Assembly: GCA_039794085.1 (NCBI GenBank)
Contig: JBDIWC010000017.1
Location: 10,586 to 74,585, forward strand
Reading direction: 5' to 3'
Origin: Gemmatimonadales bacterium
GTDB lineage: Bacteria > Gemmatimonadota > Gemmatimonadetes > Gemmatimonadales > GWC2-71-9
Length of the DNA: 64,000 nt
Shown: positions 19,760 through 29,123 of the stretch, in pieces
How positions within the stretch are numbered: position 1 is the first letter of the stretch
Layout of the letters: every line of letters starts with the position of its first letter
Position numbers and translations under genes: made by a program
Notes under the pieces: model-generated
The model's input: only the letters and a program-made list of their open reading frames with translations
The model's database searches: none
What the model was told of the DNA's origin: nothing

Positions 19760-20653
19760 CTATCTCCGGAGATCCGGCTCGATCTCCGTCTCCATGCAGC
19801 TGGGGCAGATGCCGTGGCTGAAACGGGACCTGGTGTGCCGCGAGATGTAGTTCTCCACGGAGTGCCAGAAGTCCTCGTCGTCCCGGATCTTCCGGCAGTA
19901 GGAACAGATTGGCAGGATGTCCTGCAGGGCACTCACTTCAGTCAGGGAGATTTCGAGATTCCGCAGCAGTTCCGCTCGCTCGGCCTCGGCCTCCTTCCGC
20001 GCAGTGATGTCCCGGGCGACTGAATAGATCACCCTCTCGATGGATCGTGGCGTCGCGTTCCACAGGAACCAGCGAAAGGAGCCGTCCTTGCAGAGGTACC
20101 GGTTCTCGAAGCCCATCGCCTGCCCGCCCGCCCTCACCCGGGCATTCTGTTCCAGGGTCCTCTCACGATCATCAGGATGCACGAACTCAATGAAGGGTCG
20201 GGACATCAGTTCCACGCGGGTGAAACCGAGGGTCCGCTCCCAGGCCGGGTTGAGCCGCCGGAAATACCCGTCGAAGTCGAGGAAGCAGAACATGTCGTGC
20301 GACGTGTCGAAGAACTCGCGTAGCTCGTGCACCGCCGTGGACGCCTCGTGTCGATGGCGGGCCAACTCCAGCGTGAGATGCAATTCCCGGTCGCTCCATT
20401 TCCCGGTCTCGGCACCGAGGAGAACGACCGGAACCGTCCAGTGCCGGCGAATGGCGGCGACCGCCTCGGTCCCGTCCGGGTCGCGGCGGAGGGGCAGGTG
20501 CACCAGCACGAGGTCGGGTTTCAGGGTCGCGGTCAGGGCACCCGTTTCGGCGCCGGACCGGGCGACTGGCATCACGGCATGCCCCAGCGTGGTCAGCCGA
20601 ACCTCCAGGTCCGAGGAGGTGTCCCTGTCTTCATGCACGAGAAGGAGGCGCAG
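19760..20653 (-). CDS. Degenerate receiver + PAS domain protein with C-terminal LPICSYC..IRD...FSHGICP.C domain
   Basis: LRLLLVHED...KPDLVLVHL receiver-like N-terminus; PAS (NPAW...FVHPDD...ENRY..KDG); start CTG 20653 or GTG 20638. Confidence 0.78.
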   Translation of the reverse strand: MRLLLVHEDRDTSSDLEVRLTTLGHAVMPVARSGAETGALTATLKPDLVLVHLPLRRDPDGTEAVAAIRRHWTVPVVLLGAETGKWSDRELHLTLELARHRHEASTAVHELREFFDTSHDMFCFLDFDGYFRRLNPAWERTLGFTRVELMSRPFIEFVHPDDRERTLEQNARVRAGGQAMGFENRYLCKDGSFRWFLWNATPRSIERVIYSVARDITARKEAEAERAELLRNLEISLTEVSALQDILPICSYCRKIRDDEDFWHSVENYISRHTRSRFSHGICPSCMETEIEPDLRR

Positions 20654-20767
20654 TGCGGTTTCCTGGAGTTCGTAGCCTGGTCGGTGGGCCGCGCGATAGA
20701 GAACATGGGGGAAACGCCGACATCGCTGCCCGGGGAAGACCGGAAATCTAGCACCCTTCGCGTCCTG

Positions 20768-21244
20768 TCAGTTTCCCGCCGAGGCCGTGGCGTTCCAGAT
20801 GTCCACCACGTTCCGCCATACGCCATCCGGATCCTTGCGCCACACCGTGACCGCCTTCCCGTAAGTCGTCAGGGGATTCCCCAGCGAATCGTGGATCGTG
20901 GTGGTTGTCCGCTCGAGGAGATGCCCCATGTCCCCGGCGCGGGCCACACTCACCGAGACCGGCTCCCAGCCGATCTGGAAACCCGGCAATTGCAGAGCGG
21001 CTTCGATGTAGTTGCGGATTGCCGCTTTTCCCTCCAGGGGTGGTGAATCGGGAGGGAGCAGCACGGCGTCCTCAGCCCACGGCTCGAGGATCGCCTCCAG
21101 GTCTCCCGACGCGATGACGTTCGACCAGGCTCGGCTCCGCTCCATGAGGGCCGCACCCTCGGCCTCCAGGTCCAGGGCCGGAGGCTGGCATCCGAGGACG
21201 AGGCCGAGGAGCAGAAAGGGAAGGGGGTTCGGACAGTGCCGCAT
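20768..21244 (-). CDS. DUF4440/SnoaL-like (NTF2 fold) lipoprotein
   Basis: AAAGGAG RBS, lipobox VLGC, DAVLLPP...GKAAIR...GK..TVWRKDPDGVWR.VVDIWN. Confidence 0.85.
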   Translation of the reverse strand: MRHCPNPLPFLLLGLVLGCQPPALDLEAEGAALMERSRAWSNVIASGDLEAILEPWAEDAVLLPPDSPPLEGKAAIRNYIEAALQLPGFQIGWEPVSVSVARAGDMGHLLERTTTTIHDSLGNPLTTYGKAVTVWRKDPDGVWRNVVDIWNATASAGN

Positions 21245-21397
21245 GGGTGCCGCTCCTTTCAGAAACGAGTTGGGCGTCGGCCACAGGGTGTCGGTCGCAA
21301 CCGGCCACCGCTGGCAGGCCTTCGATGTGACACATTGCTGGAATTTGTCTGCTGATTGACGAAGCGGAGTGTACGCTGCCAACTCGAATCCCGCAAT

Positions 21398-21736
21398 GAC
21401 ATGGTCGGGTTTCGACTCGGGCCCTGGTCCCCCTACCTCCAGGTCGCGGACCCAGGGCGCGGCGGGCATCTGGCGGTGGGTGGAAACTACGCCTACCTCG
21501 ATGTCAACGACGAGTTCGACCTCTTTGCCAACGGCAACAGCTTCGTGGGCGCCGACTTCGAGCGGTCCACGCCGAAGCGCCGCCTGAATGGCCGCCTGGA
21601 ACTGGATGTGTACGGCCGCTACTTCTCCTCCACCAGCCGAGTGGGCATGACGGGCCCGACTGCGGGGTTTGCGCTGACCCCGGTGGGCGACCTCTTCACC
21701 ATGGACGCCCGCGTGGCCGTGCGCGTGGCGAACTAA
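21398..21736 (+). pseudogene. Fragment of a beta-barrel (TonB-dependent receptor-like) gene
   Basis: NYAYLD...TPKRRLNGRLE...LFTMDARVAVRV resembles barrel C-terminal strands; no signal peptide or convincing start. Confidence 0.4.
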
Positions 21737-21740
21737 CTCG

Positions 21741-22150
21741 GGGTTCGCCGTGGTCGCCGGCGAAGTCAAGGCCCTGGCCAGCCAGACCGCCCAGGCGACC
21801 GAGGAGATCGAGCAGGAAATCCTCGCCATGCAGGACGCGAGTCAATTCGCCGAGAAGGCCATTGGTGACATTCTCCAGCGCATCACGACCGTCGAGCACC
21901 ATGTGAGTTCTCTATCGCCACCGCCGTCCGGGAGCAGGACTCGGCCACTGAGGAGATCGCCCGCACGGTGGAGTCGCTCTCGGGACAGGCTCATTCCGTG
22001 AGCACCACGATCACGAGCATGCGAGAAAGCACGGAGACCACGCAGACGGTGGCCGGGCGTGTGCTGGACGCCGCTCGTCACCTGAACGTCCAATCCGGCA
22101 CCCTGACGTCCGAAGTCAACCGCCTCCTCGCCGATATCCGAGCGGCCTGA
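21741..22150 (+). pseudogene. 5'-truncated, frameshifted methyl-accepting chemotaxis protein fragment
   Basis: GFAVVAGEVKALASQTAQATEEI..., frameshift ~21910, then IATAVREQDSATEEIAR...LLADIRAA*. Confidence 0.85.
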
Positions 22151-22472
22151 CCCGGTCCGGCACCCGGGGACATCAGGTCCCCGGGTGGGCTCGACTCCAT
22201 TCGCCCACCGACTCGTTGGCCGGCGCCTTCCGGGAAGCCGGGGGCCGTCACTCCTCCCGATCTTCCACTCTCCTTGGGTCACGGAAAACTCTCCGCGTTG
22301 GCTCGCGACCCAGGGGGCAATGGCTTGCGGACCATATCGGGTTGTGTGGTGCAAAGGGAATCCGGGGGGGGAGGGACAACGCTCCAGGGGGAACAGGAAT
22401 TCCCGCCGATACCCTGAAGACCCTCATCCCATCCAGCCTTCGCCATATCCCACGGACTGACACCCCCCGAGG

Positions 22473-22566
22473 TCAGGGGGTGTCTTCACACACCGATAGT
22501 CATTCGGCGATTCGTGAGAGGGTCAGATCTGACCTGTGCTCCAGTTTGGTCCCGGCCGACCGATAG
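22473..22566 (+). promoter_or_regulatory. Two tandem sigma28(FliA)-like promoters and a 14-bp palindrome
   Basis: TCAGGGGG-N11-ACCGATAG (22473-99); TCCAGTTT-N11-ACCGATAG (22540-66); consensus TAAAGTTT-N11-GCCGATAA; GGTCAGATCTGACC 22521-34. Confidence 0.6.
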
Positions 22567-22635
22567 TCCGGGATGCCCCACGTCCCCCGGTGGATTCCGA
22601 GGAACTGGCTCAACCCGCCTCTTGAGGAAGGAACC

Positions 22636-24387
22636 ATGCTGCGGCTCTCGAATCTGACCATCGGCACCAGGCTCATCGGAAGTTTCACTCTCGTCCTGCT
22701 CGCGGCCCTCGGCCTCGGCCTGTTCGCGCGAGGCAAGGTGAACGCCGTGGCCGACCTCACGGACCGGCTCTACCGCCATCCCTACACGGTCACGAGTTCC
22801 GCTCTGGAAGTCGAGGGGCACATCACGGCGATGCACAGGAGCATGAAGGATGTGGCGCTGGCCACGACCCCGGAGGCAATCTCCGCCGCGGTCGCGGACG
22901 TGAACCAGCACGAGACTGCGGTGTTGGAAGCCTTCGATCTTATCGAGGAACGGTTTCTTGGGGACAAGAAGGACGTGAAAAAAGCCCGCCAGACCTTCGT
23001 GGAGTGGCGTCCCATTCGGGACGAGGTCATTGCCCTGAGCCGGGACGGGAACATGGAGGGGGCGGCCTTGGTGACCCGGGAACGGGGGGCCGGGCACGTC
23101 AAGGAGCTGAATGACCAGGTGGAGGGCATCGTCGCATTCGCCAAGGAACGGGCCTCCGCCTTCATCGCCTCGGCACAGGATGAGCGGCAGAGGGCGAGCA
23201 CGAGCATCTGGTGGACTCTGTCCGGCCTCCTGGCGGCCAGTGGTGTCTTGGCCTGGGTGGCGACTCGCTCGATCACGGGGCCGATGAACCAGCTCAAGGA
23301 GGCGATGGCGTCCATCTCCGGGGGGAACCTGGACACGGTGGTTCCCGGACGGGACCGTGAGGACGAAGTAGGGGCGATGGCCGCGGCTCTGGATGTCTTC
23401 AAGGGCGAGGCTCAGGAAAAGCGTCAGCTCGAAGCGCAGCGCGTGGTAGAGGAAAAGGAACGGGCCGAACGGGAACGCGAGGCAGCGGAACGTGCCCATC
23501 GGGCCGAGGATGAACGCAAGGCGGCGGAGGCGGGAGTGCGCCGGCAGGCCCTCCTCGACCTCGCCACCTCCTTCGAGCGCAGCGTGCTGGGACTCGTGGA
23601 TGATGTGGCGGCCTCGACCGAGGAGATGAGGGCCACGGCCGCGTCGATGTCCTCCCTGGCCGGGCACACCCGGAACCAGTCGGAGATGGCCAAGAGTGCC
23701 GCGGAGCTGACCTCCGGCAACGTGCAGGAGGTGTCGGCCGCCGTCGAGGAGCTGTCCGCGTCGGTCGCCGAAATCCGGAGACGGGTGGAGGGCGCCGCCT
23801 CGGTGAGCATCACCGCGGTGGACAAGGCGGAGCGGTCCTCCGCCACGGTGCAGCGACTGACCGAATCGGCTCATCGCATCGGGGAAGTTGTGGGGCTGAT
23901 CGCCACCATCGCCAAGCAGACCAACCTCCTCGCCCTCAACGCCACCATCGAGGCGGCCCGGGCCGGCGAGGCTGGCAAGGGATTCGCCGTCGTGGCATCG
24001 GAAGTCAAGAATCTGGCGACGCAGACCGCCCAGGCCACCAACGACATCACCGCACAGATCGAGGAAATTCAGGCGTCGACCCAGGAGGTCGTGGGTGCCA
24101 TCAACGACATCACCGGGACCATCACGGAAATCCGGGAGATCTCCTCGGGGATCGCCACTTCGGTGGAGCAGCAGGGTGTGGCCACCCAGGAGATCAGCCG
24201 GAATGCCCACGGCGCGGCTGGAGGGACGGGCCAGGTGACGGACACCATCGCCCAGGTCCTGCAAGCAGCGGCCGAGACCGGGGACGGAGCCTCCATGGTC
24301 CTGACGGCCTCGGACAACCTCGCGGACCGGGCGCGCATGCTCAGCCAGCAGGTGGGGGAGTTCCTCGACAACGTGCGGGCGGCCTGA
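22636..24387 (+). CDS. Methyl-accepting chemotaxis protein (TM-4HB sensor-TM-HAMP-MA)
   Basis: AAGGAA RBS; two TMs; [50 protein letters not shown]. Confidence 0.95.
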   Translation: MLRLSNLTIGTRLIGSFTLVLLAALGLGLFARGKVNAVADLTDRLYRHPYTVTSSALEVEGHITAMHRSMKDVALATTPEAISAAVADVNQHETAVLEAFDLIEERFLGDKKDVKKARQTFVEWRPIRDEVIALSRDGNMEGAALVTRERGAGHVKELNDQVEGIVAFAKERASAFIASAQDERQRASTSIWWTLSGLLAASGVLAWVATRSITGPMNQLKEAMASISGGNLDTVVPGRDREDEVGAMAAALDVFKGEAQEKRQLEAQRVVEEKERAEREREAAERAHRAEDERKAAEAGVRRQALLDLATSFERSVLGLVDDVAASTEEMRATAASMSSLAGHTRNQSEMAKSAAELTSGNVQEVSAAVEELSASVAEIRRRVEGAASVSITAVDKAERSSATVQRLTESAHRIGEVVGLIATIAKQTNLLALNATIEAARAGEAGKGFAVVASEVKNLATQTAQATNDITAQIEEIQASTQEVVGAINDITGTITEIREISSGIATSVEQQGVATQEISRNAHGAAGGTGQVTDTIAQVLQAAAETGDGASMVLTASDNLADRARMLSQQVGEFLDNVRAA

Positions 24388-24394
24388 TCCCACC

Positions 24395-25858
24395 ATGAAG
24401 AATCCGCTCATGAACCAGACGGTTTCTTGGGGGGCAGGTGCCGTTCTCGTGATCTGCCTTGCCACGGCACCGGCAGCGGCCCAGACCGCCTCGCCTTCCC
24501 CGAGCTGCGGAAGCCTCGCCCCGGCCGTGGCGGGGTCTCACAAGGGAGTCTACTTCGCGAACGACTTCGGGTACCTCCGGAGTTCGTGCCTGTCCGCCGC
24601 GGGGGGACGGGATGCCTTCGTCCGCGCCACGGACCGGTTGAAGAGAATCTCGCTGGGTTCGGGAGTCCTCGTCGATCTCGGAGGTGAGTTTCGGCTGCGG
24701 TCCCATGACGAGAATCGGTTCGCCTTGACTCGCCTCTCCGGAGGGGACAACAGTTTCACCCTCAGTCGTCTGCGCCTGTATGCCAACGTCGAAATCGGCT
24801 CTCATGTGCGGTTGTACGCCGAGGGGCTCGACGCCCGGAGCTTCGGGGAGGAGTGGGCGCCGCGTTCCATCGAGGTGGACGAGGTGGACCTGTTGAACGG
24901 GTTCGCCGAGGTCCGGGTGGGGAACCCGGCGCGGAAGGGCTTTGCCCGGGTGGGGCGCCAGGAACTGCTCCTGGGAGCGCAGCGTCTCATCTCCCCCCTG
25001 GACTGGGGCAATACCCGACGGAGCTTTGATGGCGTCGCCGGCGGATATCAGTCCGGAGACTTCCGCCTCGATGCTTTCGGGGTGTTTCCCCGCACGGTGC
25101 GTCCCCACGAGGCGAACACGAGGGATGACAGCCAGCGGTTCAGCGGGGTGTACCTCAGCAAGGGGCGCCCCGGCGCCGTCCAGGCGGATGTGTACCTCCT
25201 CAACCTTCGGGAAACCCGAGGGGCAGTGTTCGACTACGACATCTGGACCGTGGGCGCCCGCAGCGTCGGCACCTTCCGGTCCTGGACCTGGGATGTGGAG
25301 GGGGGATTCCAGTGGGGAGATCATGACCAGGAAGGACAGCAGCGAGCCGGATTCTTCTCTGCGGTGGCCGGGTCTGGACTCCCGGTGCCGGGTCGAGTGA
25401 GGATCGAGGCCGGTTTTGACTGGGCCCAGGGGGATGAGGATGCCACCGATGGAACCCGCAGGACCTTCAACCAGCTTTTCCCCCTGGCCCACGCCTACCT
25501 GGGGTACATGGACCTGGTTGCCCGCCAGAACATCGTGGCGCTGAGTCTGCGGGCCAGCGCCCAGCCCCTTCCGAAGCTCTCACTTCAGGCCACCGGCTTC
25601 GACTTCCGGTTGGAGAGCGAGACGGACGCCCTGTACAACGCGGGCGGAGGGGCGATCCGGCGGGATGCGACGGGGGTCTCGGGCAATCGCGTGGGACGGG
25701 AACTGGATTTCCTGGCCAAATACACCCTGACGGCTCGGAGCGATCTCCTCGTGGGGTGGTCACGATTCTGGGGCGGTCGCTTCATCGAGGCGACCAATAC
25801 GGATGGCGTGAGCGGCGATGCGGACTTCGTCTACACCCAGCTGGCTGTGCGATTCTGA
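24395..25858 (+). CDS. Alginate-export-family outer-membrane porin
   Basis: Signal peptide; RVGRQELLLG.QRLISPLDWGNTRRSFDG, TFNQLFPLAHAYLGYMDL, C-terminal Phe. Confidence 0.85.
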   Translation: MKNPLMNQTVSWGAGAVLVICLATAPAAAQTASPSPSCGSLAPAVAGSHKGVYFANDFGYLRSSCLSAAGGRDAFVRATDRLKRISLGSGVLVDLGGEFRLRSHDENRFALTRLSGGDNSFTLSRLRLYANVEIGSHVRLYAEGLDARSFGEEWAPRSIEVDEVDLLNGFAEVRVGNPARKGFARVGRQELLLGAQRLISPLDWGNTRRSFDGVAGGYQSGDFRLDAFGVFPRTVRPHEANTRDDSQRFSGVYLSKGRPGAVQADVYLLNLRETRGAVFDYDIWTVGARSVGTFRSWTWDVEGGFQWGDHDQEGQQRAGFFSAVAGSGLPVPGRVRIEAGFDWAQGDEDATDGTRRTFNQLFPLAHAYLGYMDLVARQNIVALSLRASAQPLPKLSLQATGFDFRLESETDALYNAGGGAIRRDATGVSGNRVGRELDFLAKYTLTARSDLLVGWSRFWGGRFIEATNTDGVSGDADFVYTQLAVRF

Positions 25859-25899
25859 CCCCCATGACCGACGTCGATCATTGTTCGGGATCCACCAGA

Positions 25900-26382
25900 T
25901 CATGAGGGTGGTAGGGGAGCACCGGTGTCTGGCGGGAGAAGAGCCGCCGCGCGAGCCATCAGGGCCGTCGGCGCTGGCGTCAACCAGGCAAGGTTGAGGA
26001 GCCCGTTCGGGAGGGCCCTCCGCATAGTAGTCATCGTTGCCGAAGTCGACGAGAGTGGGGCGCCAGAGGCCCAGATTTCCGCCATCCACCAGGTCACAGG
26101 AACAATCCCTCGTATGGTATGGATTGCCGGAATCGTGCGTAGGGGCACTCCGGTTCACGTATCCGAGTCTGTAGACGAAGTCGGGGAGGCCGGCGGGATG
26201 GCGGTGGAGAGTCCGGCCGTCGCGGTCTGCGTCACTGTCGTGACAGCCTCGATGGTCAGAGGTGATGGGCGGGGGCCGGTGGGATCCGGTGCACCTTCCC
26301 CACCACCACAGCCGGACAGGAGACCACAGAAAAGGACGAGCGGGGCAGAGAGCCAGTGAGGCGTGCGTTGCCAAGTGCCCAT
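25900..26382 (-). pseudogene. Truncated lipoprotein with in-frame TGA at 26155-57
   Basis: Lipobox LSGC, then GGGEG...TQTATAG...PP (start of an Ig-like stalk), stop, same frame continues to 25900 with atypical sequence. Confidence 0.4.
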
Positions 26383-26921
26383 GTGCAATCTTCCCTCTGG
26401 GGTTCTGTCATCCTGCCGTGGCAACCGGGTTTGGGTGATGTCTCACCAATGGTATAGTGGACTGGATCGCAATTCAATCCCGGTTGTCGGCCGACAAGTA
26501 CCCCGCGAGACCTGTCCGTGGTTGGGATGGGGTCCCGTTCCAGGTGGCTGGACGTGATGGCGTGCGTGGAAAAACCTGGAGACGTTATCAACAATCAACA
26601 TGAGGTGAACTCGAATAGAATGCTGGTGTCAAAGAAGTTGAACGTGGTTGAATAAATCGCCGTTGAGCCACGGAATCAAGGGGTTCTTCTCCGGCTAACC
26701 TTCGCTGTTCACCGTGGTCCTGGACAGAACATGGACGGCTGTGATGACCGTCATCGGTTCCCGTTTGTGGATAAATTCCTCCAGTTTCCCACGCAAATCT
26801 CCGCGATCCCAATTCGCCCTTCTCCTGGCGGCAGGGTAACATTCAGCACCCCCGCCAGACCGCCACGGCCGGAACCCTGTAGGGGGATCAGGTGGGATAC
26901 GAACTCTTCCTCGGAGTCATC

Positions 26922-28490
26922 GTGACACAGCGCTGCTGGAGGTCCCTCGGTGTGACCGCCCTGATCGCCCTCGGAGCTGGGTTCGGCTTCGGAGCACCGG
27001 GGAGAATGGGTGAACAGTTTCCGGTGATCATTGACGGCGCGTTCGATGACTGGGAGGCCATTGAACCGATCCTCCGTGATCCCCCCGATGCGCCCGGGGC
27101 GGCAGTGGACCTCCGGGAGCTCCGGGTCCAGGACGACCCGACCTGGATCTACTTTGCCCTTTCCTGGGACGGAACAGTCAACGCGCAGGGCATGCCCGGA
27201 AGCGTCCGGATCCTGCTCGATGCCGATGGGGACCCGGCAACGGGGGCCCGCGTCGGTGATCTGGCCGGCGTCGACGCGGTGGTCGAGCTGTCCCGGCGCG
27301 ATCGGCCTCGCGGGAATGGTTACGGCTCCGGAAATGGTCTTCGGCCGGTGACGTCCGAGGGGAGAGATACCGCCAGCATCCTGCCCGGGGCACTCGGTGG
27401 TCTCACAGTGGCGCCGACCCATGCGGCGTCCCGCATCGAGCTGCGGGTCCGGCGCGGGACCGAGCTGCCGGGGGTGCGGCCGCTCTTCCTCGGTTCCACG
27501 CTCCGGATTCAGGTGCTGTTCGAGACCGAGTCCGGCATCGACGATCGCACCGATGTCGCCACCCATGCGGCGCTGACTCCGGCCTCTCCCGTGGTCCCCC
27601 TGGCTCCGGCGGACTCGGTGGCGCGCCAGCCGGGGCAGGTGCGGGTCGTGGCGTGGAATGTCTCCGGCACCAAGCCGCGAGATGAGCCCGAGGCCTTCGG
27701 GCGGGTGATCGCTGCCCTCGCCCCCGATGTCATCCTGCTGGATGAGGTATGGGAGACGGTGACGGAGGATGCGATTCGGGAACTCCTCGCCCCAATCCCT
27801 GGCGAGGGCCCTTGGAACGTTCATGTCGCGCAGAGTGGCGGGCGACAGAAAACGGTCGTCGCCTCGCGGCACCCGGTGCGGGCGGTGGACGCCATGCGCA
27901 TGATGTCCTATCCCCCGGGTGCCCTGGACAGCCTGGTGCGCACCGCGGGACTCCGTCCCCGCCTGGCGGAGATCGAGGAGCGGGGAGGACTGGCCATGAC
28001 CGGTGCCTGGGTCACCCTGGAGGGACGGGAGGTGCTCTTCGTTCCCTTCGATCTCCAGAGTGCGGGGTATGCCGGTTCTCCCGAGGACCGCCTCCGTGTT
28101 CTGCAGGTGACGATCCTGCGGGATGCCGTGCGGGAAGCCCTTCGCGGTGCACGGGATTCGCTGGTCATCCTCGGCGGTGACGTCAATCTGGTCGGGTCGG
28201 ACGAGCCCCTGCGGATCCTGGAGGCCGACGGTCGCCAGCGCGCACGGCTGGTACGCCTCGCCGATGGGACCCTGGACACCTGGCGGAACCCGACGCAGGA
28301 CATCTTCACCCCCGGTCGGCTTGATTACCTGATTGCGGGGGGCGCCGGACTGCGGTTTGTGCGGGGCTTCCCGTTCGAGTCCGCGGAGCTGGATCCCGAC
28401 GCATTGCAGCGATTCGGGCTCCGCGCCGACGATGCCGTGACAATCTCCGATCATCTGCCGCTGGTGGGAGATTTTCAGATTCTGCGATAA
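26922..28490 (+). CDS. Exported endonuclease/exonuclease/phosphatase-family protein
   Basis: N-terminal hydrophobic signal, IDGAFDDW module, VAWNV, LDEV, GGDVN, RLDY, SDHLP. Confidence 0.85.
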   Translation: MTQRCWRSLGVTALIALGAGFGFGAPGRMGEQFPVIIDGAFDDWEAIEPILRDPPDAPGAAVDLRELRVQDDPTWIYFALSWDGTVNAQGMPGSVRILLDADGDPATGARVGDLAGVDAVVELSRRDRPRGNGYGSGNGLRPVTSEGRDTASILPGALGGLTVAPTHAASRIELRVRRGTELPGVRPLFLGSTLRIQVLFETESGIDDRTDVATHAALTPASPVVPLAPADSVARQPGQVRVVAWNVSGTKPRDEPEAFGRVIAALAPDVILLDEVWETVTEDAIRELLAPIPGEGPWNVHVAQSGGRQKTVVASRHPVRAVDAMRMMSYPPGALDSLVRTAGLRPRLAEIEERGGLAMTGAWVTLEGREVLFVPFDLQSAGYAGSPEDRLRVLQVTILRDAVREALRGARDSLVILGGDVNLVGSDEPLRILEADGRQRARLVRLADGTLDTWRNPTQDIFTPGRLDYLIAGGAGLRFVRGFPFESAELDPDALQRFGLRADDAVTISDHLPLVGDFQILR

Positions 28491-28540
28491 GACATGATGG
28501 TCCCGGGCGGCAGGACTTCGCCTTGCCCATGGTGATGTGG

Positions 28541-28975
28541 CCCTTCAGGCTTTGGCATGGGCCATGTCCAGCCCGGAGCGCCTCCCCTCACCCCAAAAGG
28601 CAAACCACAAACAGCACAAAAGGCACAAAACCGCCAACCTGAGCACCGGAGCGCCTCATCTCCCCCCCCGGAAGAAACCGCGGATGGCACTGATGACGCA
28701 GAGTGAATTCTGCCCAGGCTGGTCCCGAGTCGAGTCGGTGTGGGGGGTGTGGCTCGGTGTCATCTGCGTCATCTGTGGTTCCGCCTCCCTCCCGACAGCG
28801 AGCCACCCTCCGCGGGATCTCGTGCTTCTTGTGCCCCTTGTGCCTCTTGTGGCGATTCCGCCGCCCGCCTGGCCACCGGAGCCCTCACCTCACGGCGAAA
28901 TCCAACCCCAAGAAGGCGTGAAGCCCTGGGAAATGGTGGGCTGAAGGTCTCCTTACCCTCACGAAACCCGGATGA
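28541..28975 (+). repeat. Dispersed element copy A with nested palindromic insert
   Basis: 28541-28669 and 28880-28975 align to the reverse complement of 41049-41265. Confidence 0.8.
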
Positions 28976-29123
28976 ACCAGTGATGTGGGGTGCTGCGCGA
29001 TCCTGTCACCCACAGGACGGCGCCGAAGCTTGGTTCCCACCATCACGAGCAGATCCGGCCCGAACGGCCATGTCACCAGCGAGGCCACGGGAGAGGCAGG
29101 CGCTTGGCGGATTGGGCGTCCGT

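Noticed and set aside
22383..22412. Third sigma28 promoter (TCCAGGGG...GCCGATAC)
   Set aside because: Spacer is 14 nt rather than 11.
24395..25858. Alginate biosynthesis locus
   Set aside because: Only the porin family member is present; no alg synthesis genes.
26155..26157. Selenocysteine read-through of the in-frame TGA
   Set aside because: No redox motif context or convincing SECIS-like hairpin; downstream frame does not look like a real protein.
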